Positions 29,721 through 40,987 of a stretch of DNA of 64,000 nt are shown here, one piece after another. Both the position numbers and the translations under genes were made by a program. The notes under the pieces were generated by a model. The model was not told where the DNA came from and did no database searches. It was given only the letters and a program-made list of their open reading frames with translations. Positions within the stretch are counted from its first letter, which is position 1. Each line of letters begins with the position of its first letter. Where the stretch lies: IMG/VR virus record IMGVR_UViG_3300034073_003542, positions 124,001-188,000 of that record; one strand, given 5' to 3'.

Positions 29721-31328
29721 GTGAGCAGATTGACACAATTTTAGTATCTCCATCCAGTTGTTTCACCAAAAGCATTATAAGAATTATCTCTATAAAGAGC
29801 TATTGACACTTTACCTTTTTCTCTCGCCTTATTCATTTCTCGCTCTACTATTTTTCTGTATTTTGGTTGAAGTCTATATTGATCTGAAATATTATCGAAA
29901 TAACACTCAACAAATTGGGCTAAAACTTCCGGTGGCCCCTGAATCCTCACCATAAATCCTTCTTCATCTAATTCAATATGAAGTTGATCTAATTTATCAA
30001 ATTCACCTACAACCCAATCGTCCGCAGCGAGTAGTATACCACAACTCAAAATAAGTGTCAATAAGGCGCGCATTTATCTTTTTGTTTTGTAGTTTTTAAG
30101 TTTCTTTCCATTCAATTTCGTGCTATCTAATTTTGATTCTAATTGATCTAATTCTTTAAGGGCTTCACCCAATTGTTTGTGAAGTTTTCTAATTTCTTTT
30201 ACTCTGAGTTTGTGAGTGGCATCTTCTTGCCAAATATTGTAAATGTTGGACTTTACTTCTAGTTCGCCAGAACCATCCTCAAAAATATTCCCCTTAATCT
30301 GCTTACCCTCAAAATCAACCCTATAAGCAATCTTATCAGAAGGTGGCTCTGATATATAGACCTTAATCATTTATTTCTCCTTATCATATATTTCCTGTAA
30401 CTTCTTTCCAAATTCTCCAAGAACAATAAGTTCTCCCAGCGTATCTGTAATATAATCATGAACCTCGTCATAAATTATATCTATAAATTCTTGTCTAAGT
30501 TTAGGTTGTGCGTTGAATAGGTCTAATACTTTTTTCTTATCTTGTCTCCATAGAAGATGTTCTACTAATTCAGATATAAGGAAATGAAACTTGAACTCAA
30601 ATCCGTCTGTTTTTTTATTCATTTTTATCCTTCTTAAACCCATCATTTATCATTAGTGGTCCCGTATGAAACACAGACAGCTTTTCATTATATAGAGGTA
30701 AATGAACTCCTACAACCCTATTTGTCTCTTGACATCTAAGTAAACAAATATCTGCCCCTTCACCCTTAATCCACTCTCCATAATGAGAAACAGTTGGATC
30801 AACTATTAATTCTACGGAATGACCATCCATATCGACATAAATAGACATTGATGGCTCATAGTTCTTAGCTTCTTCAATCAGTTTTGACATCATATAATTA
30901 AATCTGTCTACGTCATATTTTTGTCTCTCTTTAAAATCTTCATCATTTTGATCGGTCATTTTCTGGTTCCTTCTCTATTGTTAGAACATTAAGTGGGCCA
31001 GACAAATACCAGAATCCTCCCGATCCTTTTGTAGCAAGCCATTCTTTGCCCTCAATTACAACGATAGTATATTTTATATCACTGTTTGGGTTATGTACTT
31101 TAGTAATACCTCTTTCACAACCACAAAATATCAATAATAGCATCAATATTAGAGAATATTTCATTTTTCGTCCTTCTTTTTCTTTTTCTTCTTTTCGCTT
31201 CCTTGTTTTAGTTCTGCATACTTCTTGACGTTTTTCTCAAGACGTTTTATATATTCTTCTTGTTCTTCGGCTTTTTTACAAACTTTTTTAATTCGCTTTT
31301 TTGTCCAGTAGTCCCAAAATCCCATGTC

Positions 31329-31889
31329 TCAAAATGGCGACAGCCTATCCTCCTTGGTATTATCTGATAGTAATTTTAGATTTTCATATTTAGTAATAAT
31401 TTCAGAAAGCTCATTAACTAAATCTGGATCTGAATTTCGTAAAGCTCCTAGTAACAGTTTTGTTTCTTCAAAATATAATTTTGCAAATGATTCATTCCAA
31501 GGAATATCGAGACAGTTATCAATACGATCTATAAGTTTGATTGAGCGACATTCTCGCGGAATTAAAGCTAGATGTTCTCTGTCCATCCTTTTTCTTTGTT
31601 CTCTATTATATTCTGGATGTTTTTTGGATACATTTGTCAAGCACGAAACGTAATGACCTACTGTGCTTCCAAAAATATAATCTATTTCATTTTGAGTAAC
31701 TCCACAATCTTCTATAACGTCATGTAAATATGCCGCACACACAAGTTCCTCTGTGCTATAGTAAAGCATCATGGTCTTGGAGGCAACCCTCATTGGATGA
31801 AAGATATATGGATCGCCCGAATATTTACGAGTTTGATTTTTATGGGCTTCTCTAGCAAAATGGGCGGCTTGAATTATTCGGTTTTGCAT
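31329..31889 (-). CDS. HD-domain (p)ppGpp hydrolase-like (SpoT/Mesh1-type) protein
   Basis: AAHFAREAH..Q.RKYSGDPYIFHP..VA, AAYLHDVIED, IKLIDRIDN. Confidence 0.85.
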   Translation of the reverse strand: MQNRIIQAAHFAREAHKNQTRKYSGDPYIFHPMRVASKTMMLYYSTEELVCAAYLHDVIEDCGVTQNEIDYIFGSTVGHYVSCLTNVSKKHPEYNREQRKRMDREHLALIPRECRSIKLIDRIDNCLDIPWNESFAKLYFEETKLLLGALRNSDPDLVNELSEIITKYENLKLLSDNTKEDRLSPF

Positions 31890-32467
31890 TTTTTAAGTTC
31901 CTGTTCTAGTTTTACGATATACTCTTGAAATTTTGCTAGTTTTGATCGGGTTTCTTCTAGTCTTTTCCATATTGATTGTACGCGAATATCTTCGTGATTT
32001 TGGGCAAATTCACGCATTTCTGTAATGCCAAATTTCATGTTTAAGTATGATCTTGTTTCCATTTTTTAATTGCTGTTACAGCCTCCAACAAATAATACAT
32101 ACGTTCATCATCATCAAACATTCCATCTCCATTTGGTGCTGCACTATAAATAGTTTCGCCACCACAATGAGGAACATCTACTGTAAAACGCCCATGTCTG
32201 AGTCGTAAATATCCAACCAGTTTTCCTCGACCATCAAACGCATCGTATTGTTCAGGACAAGCAAAGCAAGTTAGTATAAGTTTTAGTCCGTCAATAATTA
32301 TTTCGTTCATATTTTTACTTTTCTAATACAAAGTATGTTATCAATATCAATATCGTTGAATATATCTGAATTACATTCTATAATATCAATAACTTCTCTA
32401 ATACTATCGGCATATAATTCTTGAACTTTTATTGTTGTTCCATAGTAATATAATATTTCAAATAATA

Positions 32468-32863
32468 TCATAACAACTTTAGATGTCCGCACAATTTATC
32501 TAATTCCTCAGAAAGATACGGCCCAAAAGCCGCACAAGTATTTGTGGGAACTCCATGAAATTCTGTAGCTCCATTATCTGTAATTAGGTGTGTTTCAATT
32601 CCTAACTCTTTTCCCTTTTCTACAAGTGCTAGTAATTCTTCTTCGGAGTCTACTGAGACACAAATTTTGGTGAAACTATTTTCGAGCCAGTGTTTTTCAA
32701 CTTCTGTTAGAAGAGTAGTATATTCATACAAAAGTCCACACTCTAAAGCTTGTTGCATACGTCTAGTTATAAAAGACATTGAGGCGTGAGAAACTTGTGC
32801 TGCGATTTTTCCTTTGCGCATATTGAGCTTTTTATTTACGACAATAACTTGTTTAGTGTTCAT
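32468..32863 (-). CDS. pth2: Peptidyl-tRNA hydrolase, Pth2 type
   Basis: KQVIVV...LNMRKGKIAAQVSHAS, TKICV, ITDNGATEF, TC.AFGP, LDKLCGHLKLL. Confidence 0.93.
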   Translation of the reverse strand: MNTKQVIVVNKKLNMRKGKIAAQVSHASMSFITRRMQQALECGLLYEYTTLLTEVEKHWLENSFTKICVSVDSEEELLALVEKGKELGIETHLITDNGATEFHGVPTNTCAAFGPYLSEELDKLCGHLKLL

Positions 32864-33074
32864 TTAATCAATCCGTTAAGTTCTCTAAGATGTTCACACG
32901 TTAATTTCCATTCTTCCCCATTTTGGGGAGGATATCTTTCTTTCAAATACGCAATATATCTATCCCATGCCGCTTCTATCTTTGTTAAAATATCGGCAGC
33001 TTCGTCAATCTCTCCGTCATGACAATAATCATAGTTCATTAATCTACTAACTAGATTTTTGGTCTTTGACATGA

Positions 33075-33410
33075 CTATACCTCTCTCCAATACTTTACAA
33101 CCTTTTCGGCCTGCTGAACTTCAACAAAACCCAAATAGTTATCAAAGCGTGTAGTTTCATAGGAAGAATACCAACCATCCAATTTGAAGTATTTGGTTTC
33201 TCCATTCTTTTTTGCTGAAAAAATTACCCAATAATCTGATCCTTCATAAGAAGTAGAACTTGCTTCAATAAAATCAAGGGTAAATCCGTGGATAATTGCG
33301 GATCGCTTATTTCCGTTATCAATAAGTGTCTTAAATCTAAGAAAATCGTTATGATTTTGCTTACCGCTAAGTGCTGCTTTTAGCTCATTGATCATTATAC
33401 ATCCTTCCAA
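33075..33410 (-). CDS. Hypothetical protein, tandem paralog 1
   Basis: EGSDYWVIFS...KYFKLDGWYSSYE. Confidence 0.65.
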   Translation of the reverse strand: MEGCIMINELKAALSGKQNHNDFLRFKTLIDNGNKRSAIIHGFTLDFIEASSTSYEGSDYWVIFSAKKNGETKYFKLDGWYSSYETTRFDNYLGFVEVQQAEKVVKYWREV

Positions 33411-33730
33411 TAGTCAATCATTTTTTGAGCCTTTTCTACTTCATTAAACGCAAAATAATCATCGAAAGTTGAACCTTCATAAGAAGCATACCAACCTTCT
33501 AGCTTAAAGTATCGTGTTTGACCATCCTTAGTGGCTGAAAATACTACCCAATATTCAGATCCCATATCTTCGCCGCCATATCCGTCCTCATGCTTGAGAG
33601 TAAAATCACCGAAAGTCTCTTCGCCGTAACCATCATTGATAAAATCTTGAAAATTATCGTAGTTTTCATCCTTTTCGAGCGTATTTTTCAATTCTTCCAA
33701 CATTATAAGCCTCCTTAAAATCTTTGACAA
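33395..33730 (-). CDS. Hypothetical protein, tandem paralog 2
   Basis: GGEDMGSEYWVVFS...RYFKLEGWYASYEGS. Confidence 0.65.
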   Translation of the reverse strand: MSKILRRLIMLEELKNTLEKDENYDNFQDFINDGYGEETFGDFTLKHEDGYGGEDMGSEYWVVFSATKDGQTRYFKLEGWYASYEGSTFDDYFAFNEVEKAQKMIDYWKDV

Positions 33731-34568
33731 AATCTTTCTGTGTAGTACGAATTTCCCACCAATTATCTATTGCAAAATCTCTAAACCATCCACTCGTGAG
33801 CGTGGTACAAATTTTCTCTTGCGCTGCGCTGAACGCTATTCTACCAGGCATTTGTGGTTTGTCAAGCACTAGCTTTGGAATAATAAATCTTTCCAGAGCA
33901 ATAACATACGCTTCTTCTTGCACACATCGTATTTTATCTTCATGAGATAATTCATCCCACAAATCTCGTTCGCACTTAGCGAGTTCTGGATTTCTCTTGA
34001 GTCGTTCATAAATCGGTTCCGCATAATAAGCAACTATACGATGAAGAGAATCATGGTCGAATACTTTGTCTACAAAATCATCAAAAAACTCTTCATTAGT
34101 TTTATTAAGAGAAGGAACACGATCTTTGAATTGTTCTTTGGTAAGCTTAATTCGCTCTTTTAGAATAGGATGATCCAATGAAGTAATATCACTCCCCAAA
34201 AGCTCCTTAATTTTTTGTAGTTCAGAGATATGTCTCATGAATTTGATAGGACGCCAAACATGACTTCTTTTTTGAATATAGAGTTCTTGAGGAGTACAGA
34301 CTACAAATCTAAAAATCTCCTTATCGTCAACTTTGTAAGAAGCTTCTGTGTTAGAATCGCCCACAAATTTATTATTGTTTAGAGAATCTCTATTGATAAA
34401 CTCAATATTGTTATCGTATGAGACAGCAGACTTCCCCTCAAAACTTAGACCGATTTTATTTAAGTCGGCTTCTGAGGCAATAAAGTCCCAATCTGAACTA
34501 TTGGAGTTAGATTCATACGAAGTGCCTTGCCAGTATCTCAAAGCTCTTGAACCAGTTAATAGAATCAT
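33666..34568 (-). CDS. Nucleotidyltransferase-like phage protein
   Basis: N-terminal LTGSRAL...SDWDFI (GS + DxD, pol-beta-like); C-terminal HDSLH...EE.YVIALER...CTTLTSGWFRDFA. Confidence 0.5.
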   Translation of the reverse strand: MILLTGSRALRYWQGTSYESNSNSSDWDFIASEADLNKIGLSFEGKSAVSYDNNIEFINRDSLNNNKFVGDSNTEASYKVDDKEIFRFVVCTPQELYIQKRSHVWRPIKFMRHISELQKIKELLGSDITSLDHPILKERIKLTKEQFKDRVPSLNKTNEEFFDDFVDKVFDHDSLHRIVAYYAEPIYERLKRNPELAKCERDLWDELSHEDKIRCVQEEAYVIALERFIIPKLVLDKPQMPGRIAFSAAQEKICTTLTSGWFRDFAIDNWWEIRTTQKDFVKDFKEAYNVGRIEKYARKG

Positions 34569-34962
34569 TATGCTCCACCCCCAATAGCTTCTGCTCGTCC
34601 AGCTTCAATCCTGTGTTTTCTTAACTTTCCCCAATTAGTAATGGGCCATTTCCGTCTTTTTTGTACAGCGGCTTTTGCTTCTGTAAGATTATAGGCAATC
34701 GCAAAAGCTAATCCGCCCGACCAATCCGGCTCAAAACCGTGCCATACATACAATTTCAGTTTTGGTTTCTTTTCCATAAGAAAATTTGGCCGGTGTGGAC
34801 ACATTGGGGCATCACCCCCTCCCGCCACTCCGTTTAACAATCGGGTGAAATTATACCGTGTAGTGATGTTCTTAGGTATTCACTTAACCCCTGCTCCCGC
34901 TTCCCACTACGGTCTGCTCCTGCCAATATCTCCTGTTTGTTTTGATTCTTGTCGATACACCT

Positions 34963-34990
34963 ATTATAGCATAGAAGTCGATACTGTCAA
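34963..34990 (-). promoter_or_regulatory. sigma70-type promoter (extended -10)
   Basis: TTGACA-N16-TATAAT; the -10 is flanked by a GTATCGAC direct repeat. Confidence 0.8.
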
Positions 34991-36630
34991 GCCTCAGACG
35001 ATCCCAAAATGCCGCATGATCTTTTCAACTATTGCATAAATTGCGTATGGAGGAAAAAATATAGCAAGTAATTTCCACCAACCTTGGGCAACAACCATTC
35101 CTGCAAAATACATAAACATTAACCAAACAGACGCCATATTTAAGGTTGGATATTTTTTAGCCTGCTTTTTTTTCTTTTTGGAGATTGGGGCGGGATTCAT
35201 CGGATACTCCTTTTTCGGTAGGATTATATAGGGTCTTAATTTTAATCATGAAGAATGTTCCGCAAAATGCTCCTGATGCTAATGGAATTAAATAGTAAAC
35301 ATTCTCCGAATAAGATATTACACCATAAGCAAGTAAAGAATAAATAACGCTTGTTGTTACTGCTCCCCTTAAAGCTTTGCCTTCATTGACGCATATTATA
35401 TAGTATGAATAAAGAGCATCTATAATAAAATAACATATGAAGATTTGTAGGGCTGTTATATATGAGAAGTCTGTACTATTCATGTTCGACCTTGGTACTT
35501 TAGATTAGACATATCAATCTGATATATCAAATATTTTCCGCCCAATAGCTCTTATTTCTTCTATGCTAATATCTTCAACAGTAGTCCAACTAACTTGGGG
35601 CAATTTTCTCCAGCCAGGAGGTTGCCAGATGCGATAAACCTGAAATAGTATTCCCCCTATTGCTCTAATTTCACCCTTTTTTAAGCCCTTTTCACTGCTT
35701 GTTAGAATTGCCCCAAATCCTCCCACCCATTCATATTCGATATGGTCAATAATAGCCGTAAAATGAGACGCTCTAAATCTTGCTTTTGTTAAGTCCACAT
35801 TGACCCCCTTAATTCTATGAGTTTGATTAATTTTTCTGTATCTTCTTTTTCGTATTGTTCTTCTAATTCTTCCGCTTGTTTGTATCTTTGTTTTTTGTCT
35901 AAGTAGTGAGATATTGGATTTTTGTTTTCTTTTTCTTCGTAGAAGTCCATCGGATCTTTTCTATTAGGGCGATGGATTGTCCACCATTCATAAAGTTCTC
36001 GAAATTGTTTCGCTGCTTCTATTTGGTGATCGGGACAAGGATATTCTTCATTCACACTGTTTTCGGCCCAAGCGACATATCTATAAAATCCTTCCTTACC
36101 TTTTTCGTTCTTTTTTCCAGATCGCCCACCTATTTCGCCCTCACAAAATTCATAACAGAAAGCATCAAACAAACAATGTAAGATACGAGTATCCATGTCG
36201 TACCATTCACCACGAGGAAGTTTACTTACAAGAGCGTGTGTATGATTAACGAAACGATTTCTATATTCGCACTGGATACTCCACCATAAATCACCTGGGA
36301 AGTATACAATATTTTGTAGTGTATCTAGGAATTCTTCAGCAAACCAATATCTCCAAGAATGTTTGGCTTTTAATTCTTTTCTCCAATTATCCCATCCTTC
36401 AAAAGAAAGATAGTGTGGTTTTTTCTCACCTCTGATCCAGTTCGCAAATTTAGAACATGACCAGTAATTGATTCGTGTGCGTTTTCTTAGCATCATACAA
36501 TTCGTGTTTATAAAAAAAGATAGCGTTTAGTCTTACAAAAGCAGCTATCAGTAAATCTACGGTTTTGCCTCGGACTTTTATATCCTATCGGGATACCCGC
36601 GACCCGAAACTTGTGTTTGGCAATATTACT

Positions 36631-36658
36631 ATCATAGCACAACAAACCAGTTTGTCAA
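36631..36658 (-). promoter_or_regulatory. sigma70-type promoter
   Basis: TTGACA-N16-TATGAT with TGn. Confidence 0.7.
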
Positions 36659-36694
36659 GCTCAAATCCACAGATTGCCACAATCACAATTTGGG

Positions 36695-37510
36695 TTACTT
36701 GTTTACTTTAATTAAATTTTTAACTTTGTTATATTTTCTTTTTAATCCAATATCTAAACGATCTTGATATAAATAGTTAGCTATTTTAACTACAGCATCC
36801 AAACTAGAAACACGTATTCTTGAATCTTTATGTCCTTTTTTTGATATATTTTTTTGAATTTTGTATTTTTTGATTTTGATCTTATTAAATAAAGATACTA
36901 TACTGGACCAATCTTGCTCGTATGTAGAACCAAGAATAAACTGTTTTGCTTTATTTGTAATATAAAAACATCCGTCTCCATCAAAATATCCTCTATAAAA
37001 TAGATAGTGCTTATTTTTAGGTATCAGTTTTAATAATTTATTTGGAGGAGTATAGTTTTTTTTGTTAAAGTCAAAAGATATTAATTTAGAAACAAGGGCT
37101 ATATCATTAATTGCAAGTGTAATATTTTTTTGTCTTTTAACTCCTTTTTTATCCACCCTCTCTTTTCTAATAAATAAACTCCACTTTCCTACTTTAGTAA
37201 AACAGTTTTTTAGGATCTTATAGTCAGTAAATAAAATTTGACACTGTAAACTACAATATTTATGATTTTTTGATGATTTATAAAGGAATCCATCAGCCCA
37301 TAAAAACCCTAAAATATAAATTTCTTCATCTGTTAAGTCTTTAAAAGATTTATTGTACCAATCTGTTTTTCTAGGAGCATATCTTCTAATATCATATTTA
37401 GAAAGTTGACCATAAACGTGATTGGTTGTACATCCTAATTTTTTAGCTATTAGAGAAGCGGGATTATTTTCTTTAATAAATAATCTATATAATAATTTCT
37501 TTGCTATCAT
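36695..37510 (-). mobile_element. Free-standing LAGLIDADG homing endonuclease
   Basis: Two motifs, YILGFLWADG and FYRGYFDGDG; N-terminal HTH. Confidence 0.88.
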
Positions 37511-38150
37511 GATTGTATTTTAGTCTATAAATTTCTAGCTCATTTAGGCATTTAAAAAAGGTATTGTTGTAATAAATTTCTTTTGAGATATGGTAATGAC
37601 AGAAAAACCAAGCTTTAGGAGCATGAATATTCCATACTTCTTCTAGTCCCCAACCAGTTCTATTATTAAATAGTGGAGCGTTTGGAGGTATAAGTTGTGG
37701 TGTCAAAAACCTTGGACAATCATGTGTTAGAACAATATCTGGTTTAATTTGTTTATATAGTTTAAAACATTCTTCCCATTTATCTATAGTCATTTCCTCT
37801 GTCTCAAACCAGTCCAAATTAGGAGTTCTATACATCCTATCAATAGAATACGCTCCTCCTATTTGGAAAAATTTAACACCATTTAATTCTTCATAACTAA
37901 AATAATCTTGGTAATAATGAGGAGTAAGATGTATTAAGTCGTGCCGACAATGATTGCCTCTAATGATGCGCACTTTATCACTATCAACATTCTTTAGAGT
38001 ATCTCTTGGGTCACACATACAAAAATCGCCCAACTGAACTATAAATTTATTGCGATCCTTCTCTCTTACTATTTCGTGAAACAAACGTAGCTTCTGATGA
38101 ACGTCTCCACAAAGTAAAATTTCACCAAATTGTTGTTTTTTTATAGTCAT
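37485..38150 (-). CDS. Metallophosphoesterase
   Basis: CGDVH, QLGDF, GNH, GGAYSID, VLTHDCP, WFFCHYH. Confidence 0.88.
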   Translation of the reverse strand: MTIKKQQFGEILLCGDVHQKLRLFHEIVREKDRNKFIVQLGDFCMCDPRDTLKNVDSDKVRIIRGNHCRHDLIHLTPHYYQDYFSYEELNGVKFFQIGGAYSIDRMYRTPNLDWFETEEMTIDKWEECFKLYKQIKPDIVLTHDCPRFLTPQLIPPNAPLFNNRTGWGLEEVWNIHAPKAWFFCHYHISKEIYYNNTFFKCLNELEIYRLKYNHDSKEIII

Positions 38151-39557
38151 TTTATTGCCTTAAATTATGCTTTATCTTGTCTGTCTTGATAGTCTCTTCC
38201 TTCTCTAAATCCAATACAATATGCGTTTTTAATCCAAAAATGAATCATATCCCATTGTTTATCTTTATCTTCATTGCGTGGAACCATGATATCATTGTAT
38301 ATTCGCTCACCACGAATACTAAATCCTTCAATGTCTTGATACCAATTTTTGAAATGTTCTTCTGTGTCGATATCTTCTTTAGACACTTTCTTGCCTCTTC
38401 TCCAATTCGTCCTGTACAATCAATGCCATAACATAATGTGCAGTAAATGGCACTTCTCTACCCTCAAGCAAATAACCTCCAATAAAATCATAAAACCGCC
38501 CAGGATTCTTCTGAAATTCCTCATAAACAGAAGGATATTCCCATGCCAAATATCGCCCAACAGAAATCATATAATCATCAATTTGATGTCGCAGTTTCTT
38601 AGACATTATATTGCTCCAAAGTTGTGTTTGTTTCTCAACTACTGTGTATCGAGTATACCATACATCTAACCTTTGTCAAGCGTCACTTATGGGAATAGAT
38701 TTGATCTTTTTTATTTTATTTTGTTTGTCTTCGTTTATAAGTTCAGCTATTTTTGCTCTCGCCATTTTTTCAAGAGGGTATTTTTCAATTTCTTTATAAT
38801 ATCCAACGACAGCACTTGCATATGTCTCTTTATAATACCAACTAAAAATAAACCAATGTTTCTTTATCTGAAACCAAGATTCTCCAGTACCGTCTTCAAA
38901 TTGTACGATAGAATATCGAGTCATTCATAGCCTCCAGACTTATATTGATTTGTTTTGAATCTTGATTCTTTCTTTTTCTTGGTTTTATGTCTATATCCAC
39001 AAACTTTACATATTTCTCCATCCCCTATAATATTCCGATCACAACCACAGCACCAACTTTCTCCTAATTTTGCTATACGGCTTTTTTGTCTATTAGACAG
39101 AATTTCTTCTTCGTTATAGTCTAAATCGAAATCTTTTGAGCTTGACATACTTATATTTTATCACACAGTCTGAGATTTGTCAACTAAAGCTCTATATTGG
39201 GTGGAGAAATTTCTACTCGCCATCCATTTGGAATATGTTCTTTATTGCTTCCTAATCCTTTTGGATAAGTTTTTAAGAAAGATACTCCTTCGTCTGCTTC
39301 TACTTCTGGTATATTTCTACTTTGAACTTGATATGTTCTATAAACTTCTCCATCTGGTTTAACTAAGGCTATATTATATGTTAGAATAGGTTTTGCTTTT
39401 TCTGCTTGGATACCTAAATATACTATAGTAGGAGTACCTATAAACAGTAATACAAACACAAAATGTAATAGAACTGCTAAAAATCTATCCAATAAAAAAT
39501 CAATATCAAACCAACGCATAAATCTTTCCCATCTTTTTTGTCTAAGGTATTCTCGTA

Positions 39558-40118
39558 TCATTTAAAAGCTAACTCCCAATGACTTGCACAAACAGGCAAA
39601 TATTTTTCTTCGCATCCTAATTCCACAGAATTACCTTCGATGGTAGGAATCCCATCTATCATTTTCAGATTGAATACAGCCTTTTGTCTACAATAAAAAC
39701 ACGTAGTCTTAATTTCATCAATAACATCAGCTATAGATAATAATAAAGCAGAAGCAGGAAATGGTTCTTTTCTAAAATCAGTTCTTAAACCATAACAAAT
39801 AATAGGTGGACTACCTGTATATGTAGCTCTCCTCATACATTTAATGATTTCGGTTGATAAAAATTGTACTTCATCAACTAAAATAATATCAGCATCTTCA
39901 TGCCAGCCAAACATAGTTTGGTCTTGTTGAATAATAAAATCCGCCTCGGTTTCTAATCCGGCTCTAGATTTTACCGTTCTTTCTCCAAAACGAGTATCAA
40001 TAGCTGGCTTAACTACATCTACTTTCTTACCTTGTTGACGATAAGAATGAGCGGTTGCTAATAAATCAAGCGTTTTGGCACTTCCTACAACCCCATACTT
40101 AAAATAGAGTTTAGCCAT
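39558..40118 (-). CDS. tdk: Thymidine kinase
   Basis: LYFKYG...AKT, VKSRAG, ILVDEVQFL, YGLRTDF, CxxC...C Zn site, YLPVC..H. Confidence 0.95.
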   Translation of the reverse strand: MAKLYFKYGVVGSAKTLDLLATAHSYRQQGKKVDVVKPAIDTRFGERTVKSRAGLETEADFIIQQDQTMFGWHEDADIILVDEVQFLSTEIIKCMRRATYTGSPPIICYGLRTDFRKEPFPASALLLSIADVIDEIKTTCFYCRQKAVFNLKMIDGIPTIEGNSVELGCEEKYLPVCASHWELAFK

Positions 40119-40987
40119 TATTTATATTCCTTATAACATTTATTGTTAGCTATTGAATTAATTATTCCATGACTGATATTATAGTCCTTAGCTATATGTC
40201 TATGTGTTTCTTTTCCTTTAGATAGTCTTTTTCTTATTTCTTTAACTTGTGTAAGATTTAATTTTCTTTGACTTAATAAATATTGTTCATATTTTATTCT
40301 TTGTTTTATTATCTTATCAAAATTTTTCTTTTTTCTTTTTAGGAATATTGTTGCGTCCTTATACATAAAATCCATTAGTTTTTTAATTTCTTTGTACCCA
40401 TATAATCTAATATCGCAAGTATAAGTGTTTTGTTTGGTTTTTTTATATTTTACCATAAAAGAAGATATATTTAATTTTCTTTTAAAGAACCTTAATAAAT
40501 ATTCACTAAAGTCACTATTAGAAATAATCATAAAGGTATATTTATTTTGATTTTTACTCTTCGTAACAGATATACCTCCATCACCATCAAAATATCCTCT
40601 TATAAAGTGATGAATTAAATTTTTAGGTATGTGTCTGTATGGAAATTTTAAGGTATAACTTTTTTGATTATCTAATCCCTTATTAATTAAGTGATTAGTA
40701 AAAATTTCTCCGTATATTTTGATATATTTATATTTACTTTGTTTATTTTTGTTGTTTGGAGTATAATGTTTCGAATCTCCTATTTTCCCAGAATATTTTG
40801 TGTACTTTTTAAAGTAACGCAATATCTCTATATCTCTAGCCTGTAATTCAATTTGAACGTACTTATTACTTTTCTTAGTAGAGATATGACCATCTGCACA
40901 TATAAATCCAAATAAATACGCTTTATCTTCTGTATCTATGACTTTAAAATAATCGTGATCTTTATTATGTATATGTTTATTATTCAT
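40118..40987 (-). mobile_element. Free-standing LAGLIDADG homing endonuclease
   Basis: AYLFGFICADG and HFIRGYFDGDG; C-terminal HTH. Confidence 0.88.
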
